From Nitrososphaerota archaeon (lineage in GTDB: Archaea > Thermoproteota > Nitrososphaeria_A > Caldarchaeales > Calditenuaceae): a stretch of DNA of 32,000 nucleotides. Numbering within the stretch: the first letter of the stretch is position 1; every line of letters begins with the position of its first letter. Below the pieces are notes generated by a model, which was not told the DNA's origin, searched no databases, and saw only the letters and a list, made by a program, of their open reading frames with translations. Below, piece after piece: positions 1 to 8,810 of the stretch. The position numbers and the translations under genes are program-made. The stretch lies in NCBI GenBank assembly GCA_038741355.1, contig JAVYLC010000005.1:1-32000 (forward strand). Direction: 5' to 3'.

Positions 1-19
1 GGAGATTGATGGGATACAC

Positions 20-565
20 ATGCACCGGGTCAAGGGTGTCTACCCGGAGGGGGATGCATACCTGAAGGTGAGGGCTGCCTCCAGTAGGTTGAGAAACGGC
101 GTCGTCTTGGATACGTGTACGGGTCTTGGCTACACGGCGATCTGGGCTGTCCGGCTGGGCGCATCATCGGTCATCACCGTGGAGAAAGACATAAACGTCC
201 TCAAAATCGCGGAGGTCAATCCGTGGTCATGGGACCTCGAGTCGGAGAAAATAACAATTGTGAACGACGACGCCTCGCGGCTGATATACAGCATACCGTC
301 AGAGGCCTTCCAAGCAGTTATCCACGACCCACCCAGATTCTCACTAGCGGGTGAGCTCTACTCGGGCGTGTTCTACTCGGAGCTTTTCAGGATCCTCAGG
401 CCTCGAGGGGTTCTGGTCCACTATGTTGGGCGGCCTGGTGAGAAGTCTAGGGGTCTGAGACTCTACAGGGGGGTGGTGGAGAGGCTTCGGGCGGCGGGCT
501 TCGAGGCGAGGTGGAACCCTGAGCAAAGAGTCGTCATAGCCTATAAGCGGAGGATAGGGACTTGA
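20..565 (+). CDS. Class I SAM-dependent methyltransferase (N-terminus possibly cut by the window edge)
   Basis: SAM-binding loop VLDTCTGLGYTA and a DPPRF motif (D/N-PP-F/Y type of amino-methyltransferases). The reading frame stays open upstream to position 2 (EIDGIH), so the true start may lie outside the window. Confidence 0.6.
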   Translation: MHRVKGVYPEGDAYLKVRAASSRLRNGVVLDTCTGLGYTAIWAVRLGASSVITVEKDINVLKIAEVNPWSWDLESEKITIVNDDASRLIYSIPSEAFQAVIHDPPRFSLAGELYSGVFYSELFRILRPRGVLVHYVGRPGEKSRGLRLYRGVVERLRAAGFEARWNPEQRVVIAYKRRIGT

Positions 566-1491
566 CCGGCCCTAGCACCTTCACCCAGTGGGACCTGGAG
601 GTTGCAAGATGCATTACCACAGGACTTATCTTCGAGGCCGCAGCCCATCCTAAGCCAGGGCTCGTCGACCGCGTCAATCCCCTCAAGGAAATAGACATAT
701 TTAGGTTCTCCGCGAGTGCCACTTCACTTTACCCCTACTTCGCCAAAGCCGCGGCGTTAGGGAGGAGGGGCAAGGGGCGCGGCGGTCTGGGCCCTCTAAT
801 CTTTGAGGCTGTGAGGGAGACTATGAGGGTTCAGAGTGGTGGAAACACACACCTTGGCGCGATACTGCTGGCTATGCCCCTCGCAGCTGCGGCTGGAGGC
901 CTCGATGAGAGAGTTAGAGCCGGGGGTTTGAGGCGGGCAGCTGTTAAGGTGGTCCGTGGCTTAGGCACACTCGACACCATCCATATCTTCAGGGCGATAG
1001 GATATGCAAGGCCGGGCGGCCTAGGCCGCGTCCCATTCCTAGACGTCACGAGCCCAGAGACCTACGCCTACCTCAGGAGGAGGAGGGCAGGACTCTTGGA
1101 AGCGCTTGAACCATACCGCGGTAGAGATATGGTGGCGGACGAGCTCCTCGGCGGCTATCCGCTAGTCTTCGACGTCGCCCTCAAAACACTATTGCAGTGG
1201 AGAGGCAGAACTGATTCCTTCGAGAAGGCGTGTGTCAATGCCCTCCTCGAAGTCATGGCCTCGAGGCCTGATACGCATATTGTTAGGCGTCGTGGTGTTG
1301 TGGTTGCCCGTATCGCACAGTCAATGGCTAAGACGGCCCTAGGCCTTGGCGGAGCATACACGGCGAAGGGAGTGGAGACGGCCCTAGAACTCGACAGATA
1401 TCTCAGGCGTATCGACGCTAGGCCCGGCTCCTCTGCTGACATCCTCGCAGCATCTATAGGTGTTAGCTTACTACTAGGTTGCAGAGTCTAG
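562..1491 (+). CDS. CitG/MdcB-family triphosphoribosyl-dephospho-CoA synthase-like protein
   Basis: HPKPGLVDR and GGNTHLGAILL motifs are typical of the CitG family. The TTG start overlaps the upstream stop by 4 nt. The 3' end overlaps the convergent hel308 by 18 nt. Confidence 0.55.
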   Translation: MTGPSTFTQWDLEVARCITTGLIFEAAAHPKPGLVDRVNPLKEIDIFRFSASATSLYPYFAKAAALGRRGKGRGGLGPLIFEAVRETMRVQSGGNTHLGAILLAMPLAAAAGGLDERVRAGGLRRAAVKVVRGLGTLDTIHIFRAIGYARPGGLGRVPFLDVTSPETYAYLRRRRAGLLEALEPYRGRDMVADELLGGYPLVFDVALKTLLQWRGRTDSFEKACVNALLEVMASRPDTHIVRRRGVVVARIAQSMAKTALGLGGAYTAKGVETALELDRYLRRIDARPGSSADILAASIGVSLLLGCRV

Positions 1492-3627
1492 CTTCTCTAC
1501 CGCCTTCTTGATCCTGCCCGCGATCGCCGTTCCTATTCCAGGAACCCTTGCTAGGTCGTCAATGCCCGCCCTCTTGACGTCTTCAAGCGTCCTGAAGCCT
1601 GATCGCCATAGCATCCTCCCCCTGACGCGGCCTATATCTGGGAGCGAGACAAGCTCTAGGAGCTCCTCCAACACCCCGTGCCTCAGCCTCTCCGTCAGTA
1701 TTCTGTAGATTGATGCGAGCTTTCTTCTTCCCACCACTTCGAGGATGCTGGAGGCGGCGTAGGAGATCCACTCAGCCCTCTCTCTAAGGGCTGCGAAGTC
1801 GCCCGGCTCCACGTTAAACCTCTCATAAATCTCCCTCTCAGGCATCTCACTGACCCAGGCCCACAGCACCAGCGCATTCTTGAGACTGTCGAGCTGCAGC
1901 TCATACTCCTCAGGATACTCGACGGGGTCTGGAAGACTTACGAATAGCTCCCCAGCAAGCTCATCCAGGATACGTTTAATGGTGGCGGGGCGGATCCGCG
2001 AGACCCAGAGGTCTGATAGGTCTGGTGTGAGGCAGATTATCTGTAGGGCGCCGAGGGTGGAGAGCTTCTCGACTCCCGAAGTGTAATTGAGTATCTCGAC
2101 ACAGGTCAAAGGATCTATGTATAGCTCTGAGACACGAGCCCCGAGCCTAGTCGCCTCAAGCCCCTCATCAGTCGTGATCAGTGAGTGGGCCTCGAGGAGC
2201 TGCAGGACGGAGCTTATCTTCTCCACGAGGCCTTGGGTGCCGAAGACGTGGGCGTAGAACGTCCTGCCGATGATCCTCCTCAATCCGAGCTCGGACCTGG
2301 CGAGGCCGGAGGAGATTAGGGAGAGTATGTGGCTTCGGAGGTGTTTCTCGCTTCCGAGGACAGAGTAGACCTTCTCCGGCAGGCCCTGAATATACTTCTC
2401 CATCAGATACTCAGCCTCAGTCCTGCTGCCTGCAACGAGTATCGAGTATCCTATGTTGTCGTATAGCGGCCTACCAGCCCGCCCACAGAACTGTTTATAC
2501 TCCGTCACACTCAGAGACCTCATCCCGCTCCTCGAGTCAAAGCGGCGATACTCCGGGATCACCACCATCCTTGCGGGCAGGTTGACGCCAGCAGCGAGCG
2601 TGGGTGTTGCACACAACACTGAGATCACGCCCTCTCGAAAGGCGTCCTCTATCAGCCGCCTGTGGATATGACCGAGTCCCGCGTGGTGAAAGGCAACGCC
2701 CCGCGAGATCAGTCTAGCCAGCCTCTCGGAGAAGGGTGACTCGGCCTCCTCCATTACTCGGCGCGAGGCCTCCTCAAGCCTCTCCCTGCTAGTGCTGTCT
2801 AGGAGGTTGAGGCTTACTAGGGTTTGTGCGAGCCTCTCAGCATAGCTCTCAGCCTTCCTCCTCGTCAAAGCGAAGACCAGGACCTGTCCCCCATCCATGA
2901 GACACTCGGCGACAAGCCCGCTGAGGGGGTCGGCGCCAGTCCTCAACACGCGGGTCTCGCCGTCTGAGAAGAAGATGCGGCTGCCTTGGAGAACCCCTTC
3001 CCTGAGCGGGACAGGCCTGAAGTCGCTCTGGACTGGGACGGCCTCCAGCCACCCCGCTATGTCACCTATGTTTCTGACGGTTGCGCTGAGGCAGAGTATC
3101 TGGGGCGCCTCAAGCGTCTCGAGGAGCTTGGCTATCGTCATCTCCAGTGTGGGTCCGCGCTCAGGGTCGCCTATCATGTGGGCCTCGTCGACGACTATTA
3201 GCCCAATGCTTGAGAGCCATTTGGCGCGGTGGCGGACTAGGCTGTCGGCCTTCTCATAGGTTGAGACTATGACGTCGTTGCTCCCTATCCATTCGCCCGG
3301 GTCATCGTAGTCGCCAGAGACAGCCACCACCCTAAACCCTGGACCATTTTCAGCAAGTATCCTCCTGAACTCTACCGACTTCTCATAGGTCAGGGCCCTG
3401 AGGGGTGTCAAGTACAGTATCTTACGCCTATTCTCGAGGTGTCGGTGGGCCGCCATTATGGCTATTAGCGTCTTCCCCGAGGCGGTGGGTGAGGAGATCA
3501 CGAGGTTTCTGCCCTGTAGGAGACCCTTCCGCAGGGCCTCGGCCTGAGGGGGATAGAGGGTCTCTATGCCCTCGCGCTTCAGGGACTCGAGAAGCCACTC
3601 AGACAGCCCGGCCTCCTCAACCCTCAT
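1474..3627 (-). CDS. hel308: Hel308/Hjm (Ski2-like) DNA helicase
   Basis: 717 aa. Walker A SPTASGKT, DEAH box VVDEAH, SAT motif and a C-terminal helix-hairpin-helix (PGIGTAIAGRI). Starts 5 nt after the mcm stop. Confidence 0.85.
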   Translation of the reverse strand: MRVEEAGLSEWLLESLKREGIETLYPPQAEALRKGLLQGRNLVISSPTASGKTLIAIMAAHRHLENRRKILYLTPLRALTYEKSVEFRRILAENGPGFRVVAVSGDYDDPGEWIGSNDVIVSTYEKADSLVRHRAKWLSSIGLIVVDEAHMIGDPERGPTLEMTIAKLLETLEAPQILCLSATVRNIGDIAGWLEAVPVQSDFRPVPLREGVLQGSRIFFSDGETRVLRTGADPLSGLVAECLMDGGQVLVFALTRRKAESYAERLAQTLVSLNLLDSTSRERLEEASRRVMEEAESPFSERLARLISRGVAFHHAGLGHIHRRLIEDAFREGVISVLCATPTLAAGVNLPARMVVIPEYRRFDSRSGMRSLSVTEYKQFCGRAGRPLYDNIGYSILVAGSRTEAEYLMEKYIQGLPEKVYSVLGSEKHLRSHILSLISSGLARSELGLRRIIGRTFYAHVFGTQGLVEKISSVLQLLEAHSLITTDEGLEATRLGARVSELYIDPLTCVEILNYTSGVEKLSTLGALQIICLTPDLSDLWVSRIRPATIKRILDELAGELFVSLPDPVEYPEEYELQLDSLKNALVLWAWVSEMPEREIYERFNVEPGDFAALRERAEWISYAASSILEVVGRRKLASIYRILTERLRHGVLEELLELVSLPDIGRVRGRMLWRSGFRTLEDVKRAGIDDLARVPGIGTAIAGRIKKAVEKLDSAT

Positions 3628-3632
3628 GACTT

Positions 3633-6600
3633 TTACGCCAGCCTGTAGGCACCTGGCTTGGGGGTATAAATCCTACCCTCCGTGATCATCCTGTTGAGTA
3701 TACGGTCAATCTCGGCCTTCGTAAGCCCCTGCTCCTGTAGCTCCTTCTTCAAGGCCTCGTCATCAGCGTAGCCGTGCTGCTCCTGCAGCTCCCTAATCAC
3801 GTCAAGGACTAGACTCAGCTTCTCGCGCACACTCCGGGGCTTCCCAGTCATGATGACGTCTATGTCTGGCCTCCCAGTCTCAACGTCTATCCCAACCTCG
3901 GAGAGACTCCTCTTCATCAGCCTAACAGCAACCTGCGCATCATCCACAGTGACCACGTTCCGCAGGCAGGCTCTAGCCCTAGCCTCCGCCAGCCTTATCA
4001 GAGACTCGAGCTGCCGGGCCGTAATAGAGACGGTGGAGGTCTTCTCGTATACGGCCCTCATGTTTAGGTAGAACTGCTGGAGGACCCCGGCGGCCTCCTG
4101 TGTCAGCATTGGCTCGATCTTCTTGGAGTATGCGATGTATTTCTTCAGTATGTCTGGCGGGATGGGTGGCTCCTTCTTAACACCGCCCTCAACGTGTAGG
4201 GAGACTATGTGGCTTGAGACCCTCTTATCCGCCTCGGGGCTCGGCTCATCTCTTAGGACGAAGATTAGGTCAAACCTTGAGAGGAGGGTTATTGGGAGGT
4301 TGACGTTCTCGTTGAAGGGTCTATAGACGTCGTATCTGCCTAGCTCGGGGTTTGCAGCCGCGAGTATGCTGCATCGCGCGTTTAGCGTCGCGACTATTCC
4401 ACCCTTCGCTATGCTAACAGTGTTATGAAGCAGAAGACCATGCGAGATGAAGCTATGAGTTGGCTCCACGGTAACATCGTAAACCCATTCGGTTCTGTAT
4501 GGGCCCGCATTCCTTATTTTCTCGACCTTCTTAACTCTAAGCCATCTTAGATCTGAGTCAACAATGTTTCTCAGGAGTTGCAATTCACCCTCTACCTGCC
4601 GAAGAACCTCATTAGACTTGGTCACCGCCTCCATTAACAGTCTTTTTCTCATTTCTTCATCATAGCCGCCCCTCTCCGCGTAATCCACGACACTCCTAGA
4701 CACGGACAGGTGCCTGGCCAGTTCTTGTTGCGACCATCCTAATGCAGATCTGACCCCCCTCAGTGTGTCTGCCTGAGTAATAACGATCTTAGACCTGTAA
4801 AGCTTCTCTTCCATTAAGTCTAAGCATCGTCTTACCACAGACCTAGAAATCCCGTGTCGTCTCCTCAGGTTGTTATAAAACTCTCCACGATAGCGGATTC
4901 CTAAAAGCTTCATCAGCCTGATGATATGCTTTGCTACTTCTGGAGGGAGAATATCATGGTGCCTTCTAGTATTGCTCTTTTGAAGGAGTTGTGCAGCTTT
5001 TTGTTGTTTGCTATCAAAGAGTAAGATTTCGTCCTTAAATAAACTAAGAGAATGCGATAGTATTCTAAGCCTGTAATACTTGTTTCCAGAAGAGTGAATG
5101 GATGAGTGAATACCTAGCTTTAGTAGTAGATCTTGGCAATCCTCTGCAAAGAGTCTCGAGGCCGTCTTCAAGGTGGCCGAGCTGCTTACCTCCCCGTCAC
5201 CGGCAAAAACACCCCTCAAGAACTCTCTCACAATATCCTTTGAAGCCGACATGATTTTGGAGGGGGCCCTCTTATGGGTTGCATCTGCAACCAGTTCGGG
5301 GAAGTTTTTCTCGAACCATCTAAACAATCTAGTGGAGATTAGCTTTAAGGTCACGACGCCATACCTTCTGTCTGTATGCACGTTTGGAATAATGCAGAAA
5401 AGCTTCTCGGCGAGCCTCCTGAAATCAGAGAGTAGGCGGCTATCCTTATTTGAGAAACATATCTCAAATGAAGATCCTTTGTGGAAATGCCCCTCTGCGG
5501 CAATATAGCCGAGTAGCCTTGCAAGCTCAGGAGTTAACTGTAAAGGAAGTCTCACTTTTTTCTCCCTAGGTCGGGATGCAACCTCTCGGAGAAGGACCTG
5601 TGACGACGAATTGGGTAAAATCCTTGGCGCAGGCACATAATCCCCAGGCTTGACATGATCAGCCCTGATTGTCGATAGCAGGTGGCGCTCTGAGCTGACG
5701 AAGACAGGGTGTTCAGGTGTAACTATGATTTCTCTTCCATTGTTGTAGGTGATTTTTATGAAGTGGGCAGGTGCTTTATGCCTGCTTACCCGAGCCGGTC
5801 TGCAAACACTAACTCGGAGAGTAGCCGGATCCAATGTGTAAACTTGGATATTGGGAGGCTTCAGCAGAACTTCACTCTTATCGACAACACACACGTCAGC
5901 CGCATTGCTATTCAAGAGCGAATCGACAAGCTCGCCTATCCTCATTTTGCCCTTATCATAGGTCAGCAGCTCGAACGAAGGGTGATAGGACTGTTGCGCC
6001 ATCACTTCGTGCATCGCCACCCTGTCCTCAGGCCTCATCTTATCTATCTCATCAATCACGCACACTCCCATATCCGCGAGTACGCTCGCCCCCGCCTCCA
6101 GCACTAGCCCTCCTCCCGCATCCCTAACAACTGCCGCAGTTAATCCAGCAGCAGTACTGCCCCTCCCAGAGGTGTACACTCCCCGCGGAGCAATCTGCGC
6201 CGCGTAGAGTAGGAGGGTTGACTTGGCGGTCCCAGGGTCTCCCACTAAAAGAACATGCACATCGCCCCTTACCCTTACGCCGTCCGGGAAGACCTTACTC
6301 CTCCCTCCGAATAGCAGTAGTAGGACCGCCTCCTTGATGTGTTCCAGCCCCTCGATAGAGGGCGCGACAGACTCTATCAGCCTCTGATAATTCTGCGGGT
6401 CTGCAGCCATATCCTTAAACATCTTCTCCTCCTCAGGCGTGATAAGGAGGGACTCCAGCTCCTTACCACGAGGCTCGATCGAGACGGCGTCGAGGAAGAC
6501 TTTCCGGGGCTGAGCCGCATGCTCACCTTGCTCAGCCGATAGCATGAGTATACCCGTTACAGTGACCCTGTCTCCCGGCGCTGCTACGTCTACGAAGTCT

Positions 6601-7202
6601 CCCTTAACCCTCACATCAATTATCCGTGGCAGCTGTCCAGGCGGGAGGTCCTCCGGCTTCTCTTGGACACCGAGCGTCTGGAAATCGGCGAAGACCGACT
6701 CCTCCTCAACCAGCTCGAAGGCCGGCCTCTTCTCGAGGCATCTAGGGTTCCTGCATCGGGGTGGTGGCTTAGGGCCTTCACCTGTGTAGAGGTTTCCACA
6801 GTATCTACATCTGAAGGCTGCCCTCTCTAGCAAGGGCCTGACCGCTGAGGCCCTCACAACTATCCCATCCACAGCTATGAGCTTTCTTAGATGCTCGGAG
6901 CGAATCTTCCTGATCGGGATTGACTCGGGGAGGCCTCTGACCGCTGTCTTAAAAGACTTCACCAGAGAGGCGTATTCCGGATACTCAAGCTCGAGCTGCT
7001 TGTATGCAGCGTTGTCGAGTAGTGGTAGGTAGACAAGAGGCTCGGCCTGAACCTTCTCTGCGAACTCCCTGTTAAAGATCAGGAGGTCGCTGAAATCCAC
7101 GGGGAATGTCTTACGGCCAGATACAACAGCCCTCGAGATCATGTCCCGGTACTTTTCCTGCTTAAAGAACCGAGCCAGCTCCTCCTCGATTGTCTCAGCC
7201 AT
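3633..7202 (-). CDS. mcm: MCM replicative helicase interrupted by one intein (extein about 666 aa)
   Basis: N-terminal Zn motif CRYCG...CRNPRC, Walker A LLVGDPGTAKS and Walker B CVIDEIDKM. The conserved MHEVMAQQ / TVSIAKGGI block is split by a 523-aa insert. C-terminal winged-helix tail present. Confidence 0.9.
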   Translation of the reverse strand: MAETIEEELARFFKQEKYRDMISRAVVSGRKTFPVDFSDLLIFNREFAEKVQAEPLVYLPLLDNAAYKQLELEYPEYASLVKSFKTAVRGLPESIPIRKIRSEHLRKLIAVDGIVVRASAVRPLLERAAFRCRYCGNLYTGEGPKPPPRCRNPRCLEKRPAFELVEEESVFADFQTLGVQEKPEDLPPGQLPRIIDVRVKGDFVDVAAPGDRVTVTGILMLSAEQGEHAAQPRKVFLDAVSIEPRGKELESLLITPEEEKMFKDMAADPQNYQRLIESVAPSIEGLEHIKEAVLLLLFGGRSKVFPDGVRVRGDVHVLLVGDPGTAKSTLLLYAAQIAPRGVYTSGRGSTAAGLTAAVVRDAGGGLVLEAGASVLADMGVCVIDEIDKMRPEDRVAMHEVMAQQSYHPSFELLTYDKGKMRIGELVDSLLNSNAADVCVVDKSEVLLKPPNIQVYTLDPATLRVSVCRPARVSRHKAPAHFIKITYNNGREIIVTPEHPVFVSSERHLLSTIRADHVKPGDYVPAPRILPNSSSQVLLREVASRPREKKVRLPLQLTPELARLLGYIAAEGHFHKGSSFEICFSNKDSRLLSDFRRLAEKLFCIIPNVHTDRRYGVVTLKLISTRLFRWFEKNFPELVADATHKRAPSKIMSASKDIVREFLRGVFAGDGEVSSSATLKTASRLFAEDCQDLLLKLGIHSSIHSSGNKYYRLRILSHSLSLFKDEILLFDSKQQKAAQLLQKSNTRRHHDILPPEVAKHIIRLMKLLGIRYRGEFYNNLRRRHGISRSVVRRCLDLMEEKLYRSKIVITQADTLRGVRSALGWSQQELARHLSVSRSVVDYAERGGYDEEMRKRLLMEAVTKSNEVLRQVEGELQLLRNIVDSDLRWLRVKKVEKIRNAGPYRTEWVYDVTVEPTHSFISHGLLLHNTVSIAKGGIVATLNARCSILAAANPELGRYDVYRPFNENVNLPITLLSRFDLIFVLRDEPSPEADKRVSSHIVSLHVEGGVKKEPPIPPDILKKYIAYSKKIEPMLTQEAAGVLQQFYLNMRAVYEKTSTVSITARQLESLIRLAEARARACLRNVVTVDDAQVAVRLMKRSLSEVGIDVETGRPDIDVIMTGKPRSVREKLSLVLDVIRELQEQHGYADDEALKKELQEQGLTKAEIDRILNRMITEGRIYTPKPGAYRLA
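4422..5990 (-). mobile_element. Intein (aa 405-927 of the MCM ORF) with LAGLIDADG homing-endonuclease domain and an XRE-like HTH
   Basis: Junctions are AQQ|S...LLLHN|TVSIAKGG (Ser1, C-terminal His-Asn, Thr+1). The AAC (Asn) codon was verified at 4422-4424. Block B is VTPEHPV. LAGLIDADG motifs are LLGYIAAEGHF and FLRGVFAGDGEV. The HTH is LGWSQQELARHLSVSRSVVDYAERG (about 4668-4742). The DNA is visibly more A/T-rich than the flanking extein. Confidence 0.8.
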
Positions 7203-7718
7203 CTATCTCACCCCCAGGCCGATAGACTCGAGCCAAGACTCAACCACTTCTCTAACCCGCAGGTACAACTCCCTTTCCTCTTCAACCATGTTGCGGATTA
7301 GGGACGGGTCTAGGCTCCGCAAGGCGAAGGCCAGCATTTTAGCCATCCTGATCGAGACGATGTCTCGGTAAGCCTGCATCAGAGACTTGTACGACCCGGG
7401 ATCCATCTCTCTTTGTCCAGCCAAGGCAGAAGCTACGCTATAGTAAAACCTCTCAGGGAGTTCCCCCAGCTCTATAGGGCTCCTCCGCTCCCTCCAGAGA
7501 ATCTGGGTCAGCTTTGGCAGGTCTATAGCGCCGCCAACCGGCTCAGCAAGACCCGATTCCCGCAGCTTCTCCATCGCCCAGAGAGGAAGTGTTATCTGTG
7601 ACCCCTGCCTCAGATCGGCTAATTCTCGGCCTCCAACCCTCAAACGGGCTATGTCACGGTTCAGCTTCACCCTAACCTGGGAGACCAGCTGCTCTATCCG
7701 CGTTGTGTGTTGGGGCAT
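7203..7718 (-). CDS. GINS subunit (Gins23-like)
   Basis: 171 aa. Its stop codon (7203-7205) directly abuts the mcm ATG (7200-7202), the gins23-mcm arrangement known from Sulfolobus. GINS-like features are ITLPLWAMEKLRESGLAE and the C-terminal EEERELYLRVREVVESW. Confidence 0.5.
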   Translation of the reverse strand: MPQHTTRIEQLVSQVRVKLNRDIARLRVGGRELADLRQGSQITLPLWAMEKLRESGLAEPVGGAIDLPKLTQILWRERRSPIELGELPERFYYSVASALAGQREMDPGSYKSLMQAYRDIVSIRMAKMLAFALRSLDPSLIRNMVEEERELYLRVREVVESWLESIGLGVR

Positions 7719-7792
7719 GTCTCTATGAGGGACTCGGCCGCAGGGTTATATCTGCATATAGACACCTCGGCGAAAGAAATCAATCCAATGTA

Positions 7793-8674
7793 TTACATGG
7801 GCCTCGTCTCTGCGCTGAGCCTCAGAAAGAGCTTTACGGTCAAGTCCCAAGGAGTTATTATTCCACCCCCATCTTCCAGTAGGCAGCACTTGGCCTCGCT
7901 CGCGAGTAGGCGGTCCAAGACGATCTCCAAGTCGTCCCCAGAAGCGACAACTGCGGGATGCAGGAGGAACTCATCCAACTCTCCTACAGGCAGGTTGAAA
8001 AGCCTCTCAGGACTGTCTCGGGTCAGCTCCATATTCTGGATGGAGCCAAACAAGAACTTCACGACCGACCTATCGCTCAAAATCGCATGTCTGTCCTCGA
8101 CTACAAGCCTCCGGACACCCTTATTCAGCATCAAGTGGATAGATTCTAGGACCGTCTGGTCTGACTCTATTGACAAAACCTCTGGACCGGAGCAGACGTC
8201 AGCCGCGCGATAGCTTCTCAGGAAGGACCACAGGGGCCTCTTGGCAGCCGAGTACCTCAGCACGGTCAGAAGATCGAGCATCCCCGGCCTCCTATCATTA
8301 ACTAGGGCGAAGCCAACCCCAAACTCTGACATCAGCCCGAAAAGCGCTGCCAAGCTCTCACGCCTATCCAAAGAGGGCACGGGCCGAGATATCTCCCCAG
8401 AGGTCACCCTCATCACATGCCTCCACACCTCGTGGTTCTTGGCAAGTAGGCCGAGTATCTCACGCCCAGTTATAACGCCCTCTACAATGTACTGCTCCTC
8501 CGATTGGCCATGGTCAGCCACGACGACATGGGAAGCCCCCTGAGACGCCAGCAGCGCACCCGCCACCAGGGCTGGTTGCCTCGAAGAGACGGACACATAG
8601 GAGCAAAACTCCGGAAAAGCAGCCACTATTTCCTCAAGAGACACCCTATAGACGGGCGAAGCATTTTCTGTCAA
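7793..8674 (-). CDS. CBS-domain protein (apparently two CBS pairs)
   Basis: Repeated CBS-like segments (VVVADHG...VEGVITGREILGLL, GFALVNDRRPGMLDLLTVLRY, GVRRLVVEDRHAILSDRSVVKFLF, CCLLEDGGGIITPWDLTVKL). TTG start in the ORF track, so the exact start is uncertain. Confidence 0.5.
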   Translation of the reverse strand: MTENASPVYRVSLEEIVAAFPEFCSYVSVSSRQPALVAGALLASQGASHVVVADHGQSEEQYIVEGVITGREILGLLAKNHEVWRHVMRVTSGEISRPVPSLDRRESLAALFGLMSEFGVGFALVNDRRPGMLDLLTVLRYSAAKRPLWSFLRSYRAADVCSGPEVLSIESDQTVLESIHLMLNKGVRRLVVEDRHAILSDRSVVKFLFGSIQNMELTRDSPERLFNLPVGELDEFLLHPAVVASGDDLEIVLDRLLASEAKCCLLEDGGGIITPWDLTVKLFLRLSAETRPM

Positions 8675-8810
8675 TCAGATAGATTTTTGCGCCTCCCTTA
8701 CTTATTCTTTTCCAGCTGCATGATTATCAACAACTCGTAAATAAGCGGTGGAGGGGGGGACTTAAGTGGTCTGAAAAGGGCTTAAATGGGCTCTGCCTAG
8801 GGTCATTTAC

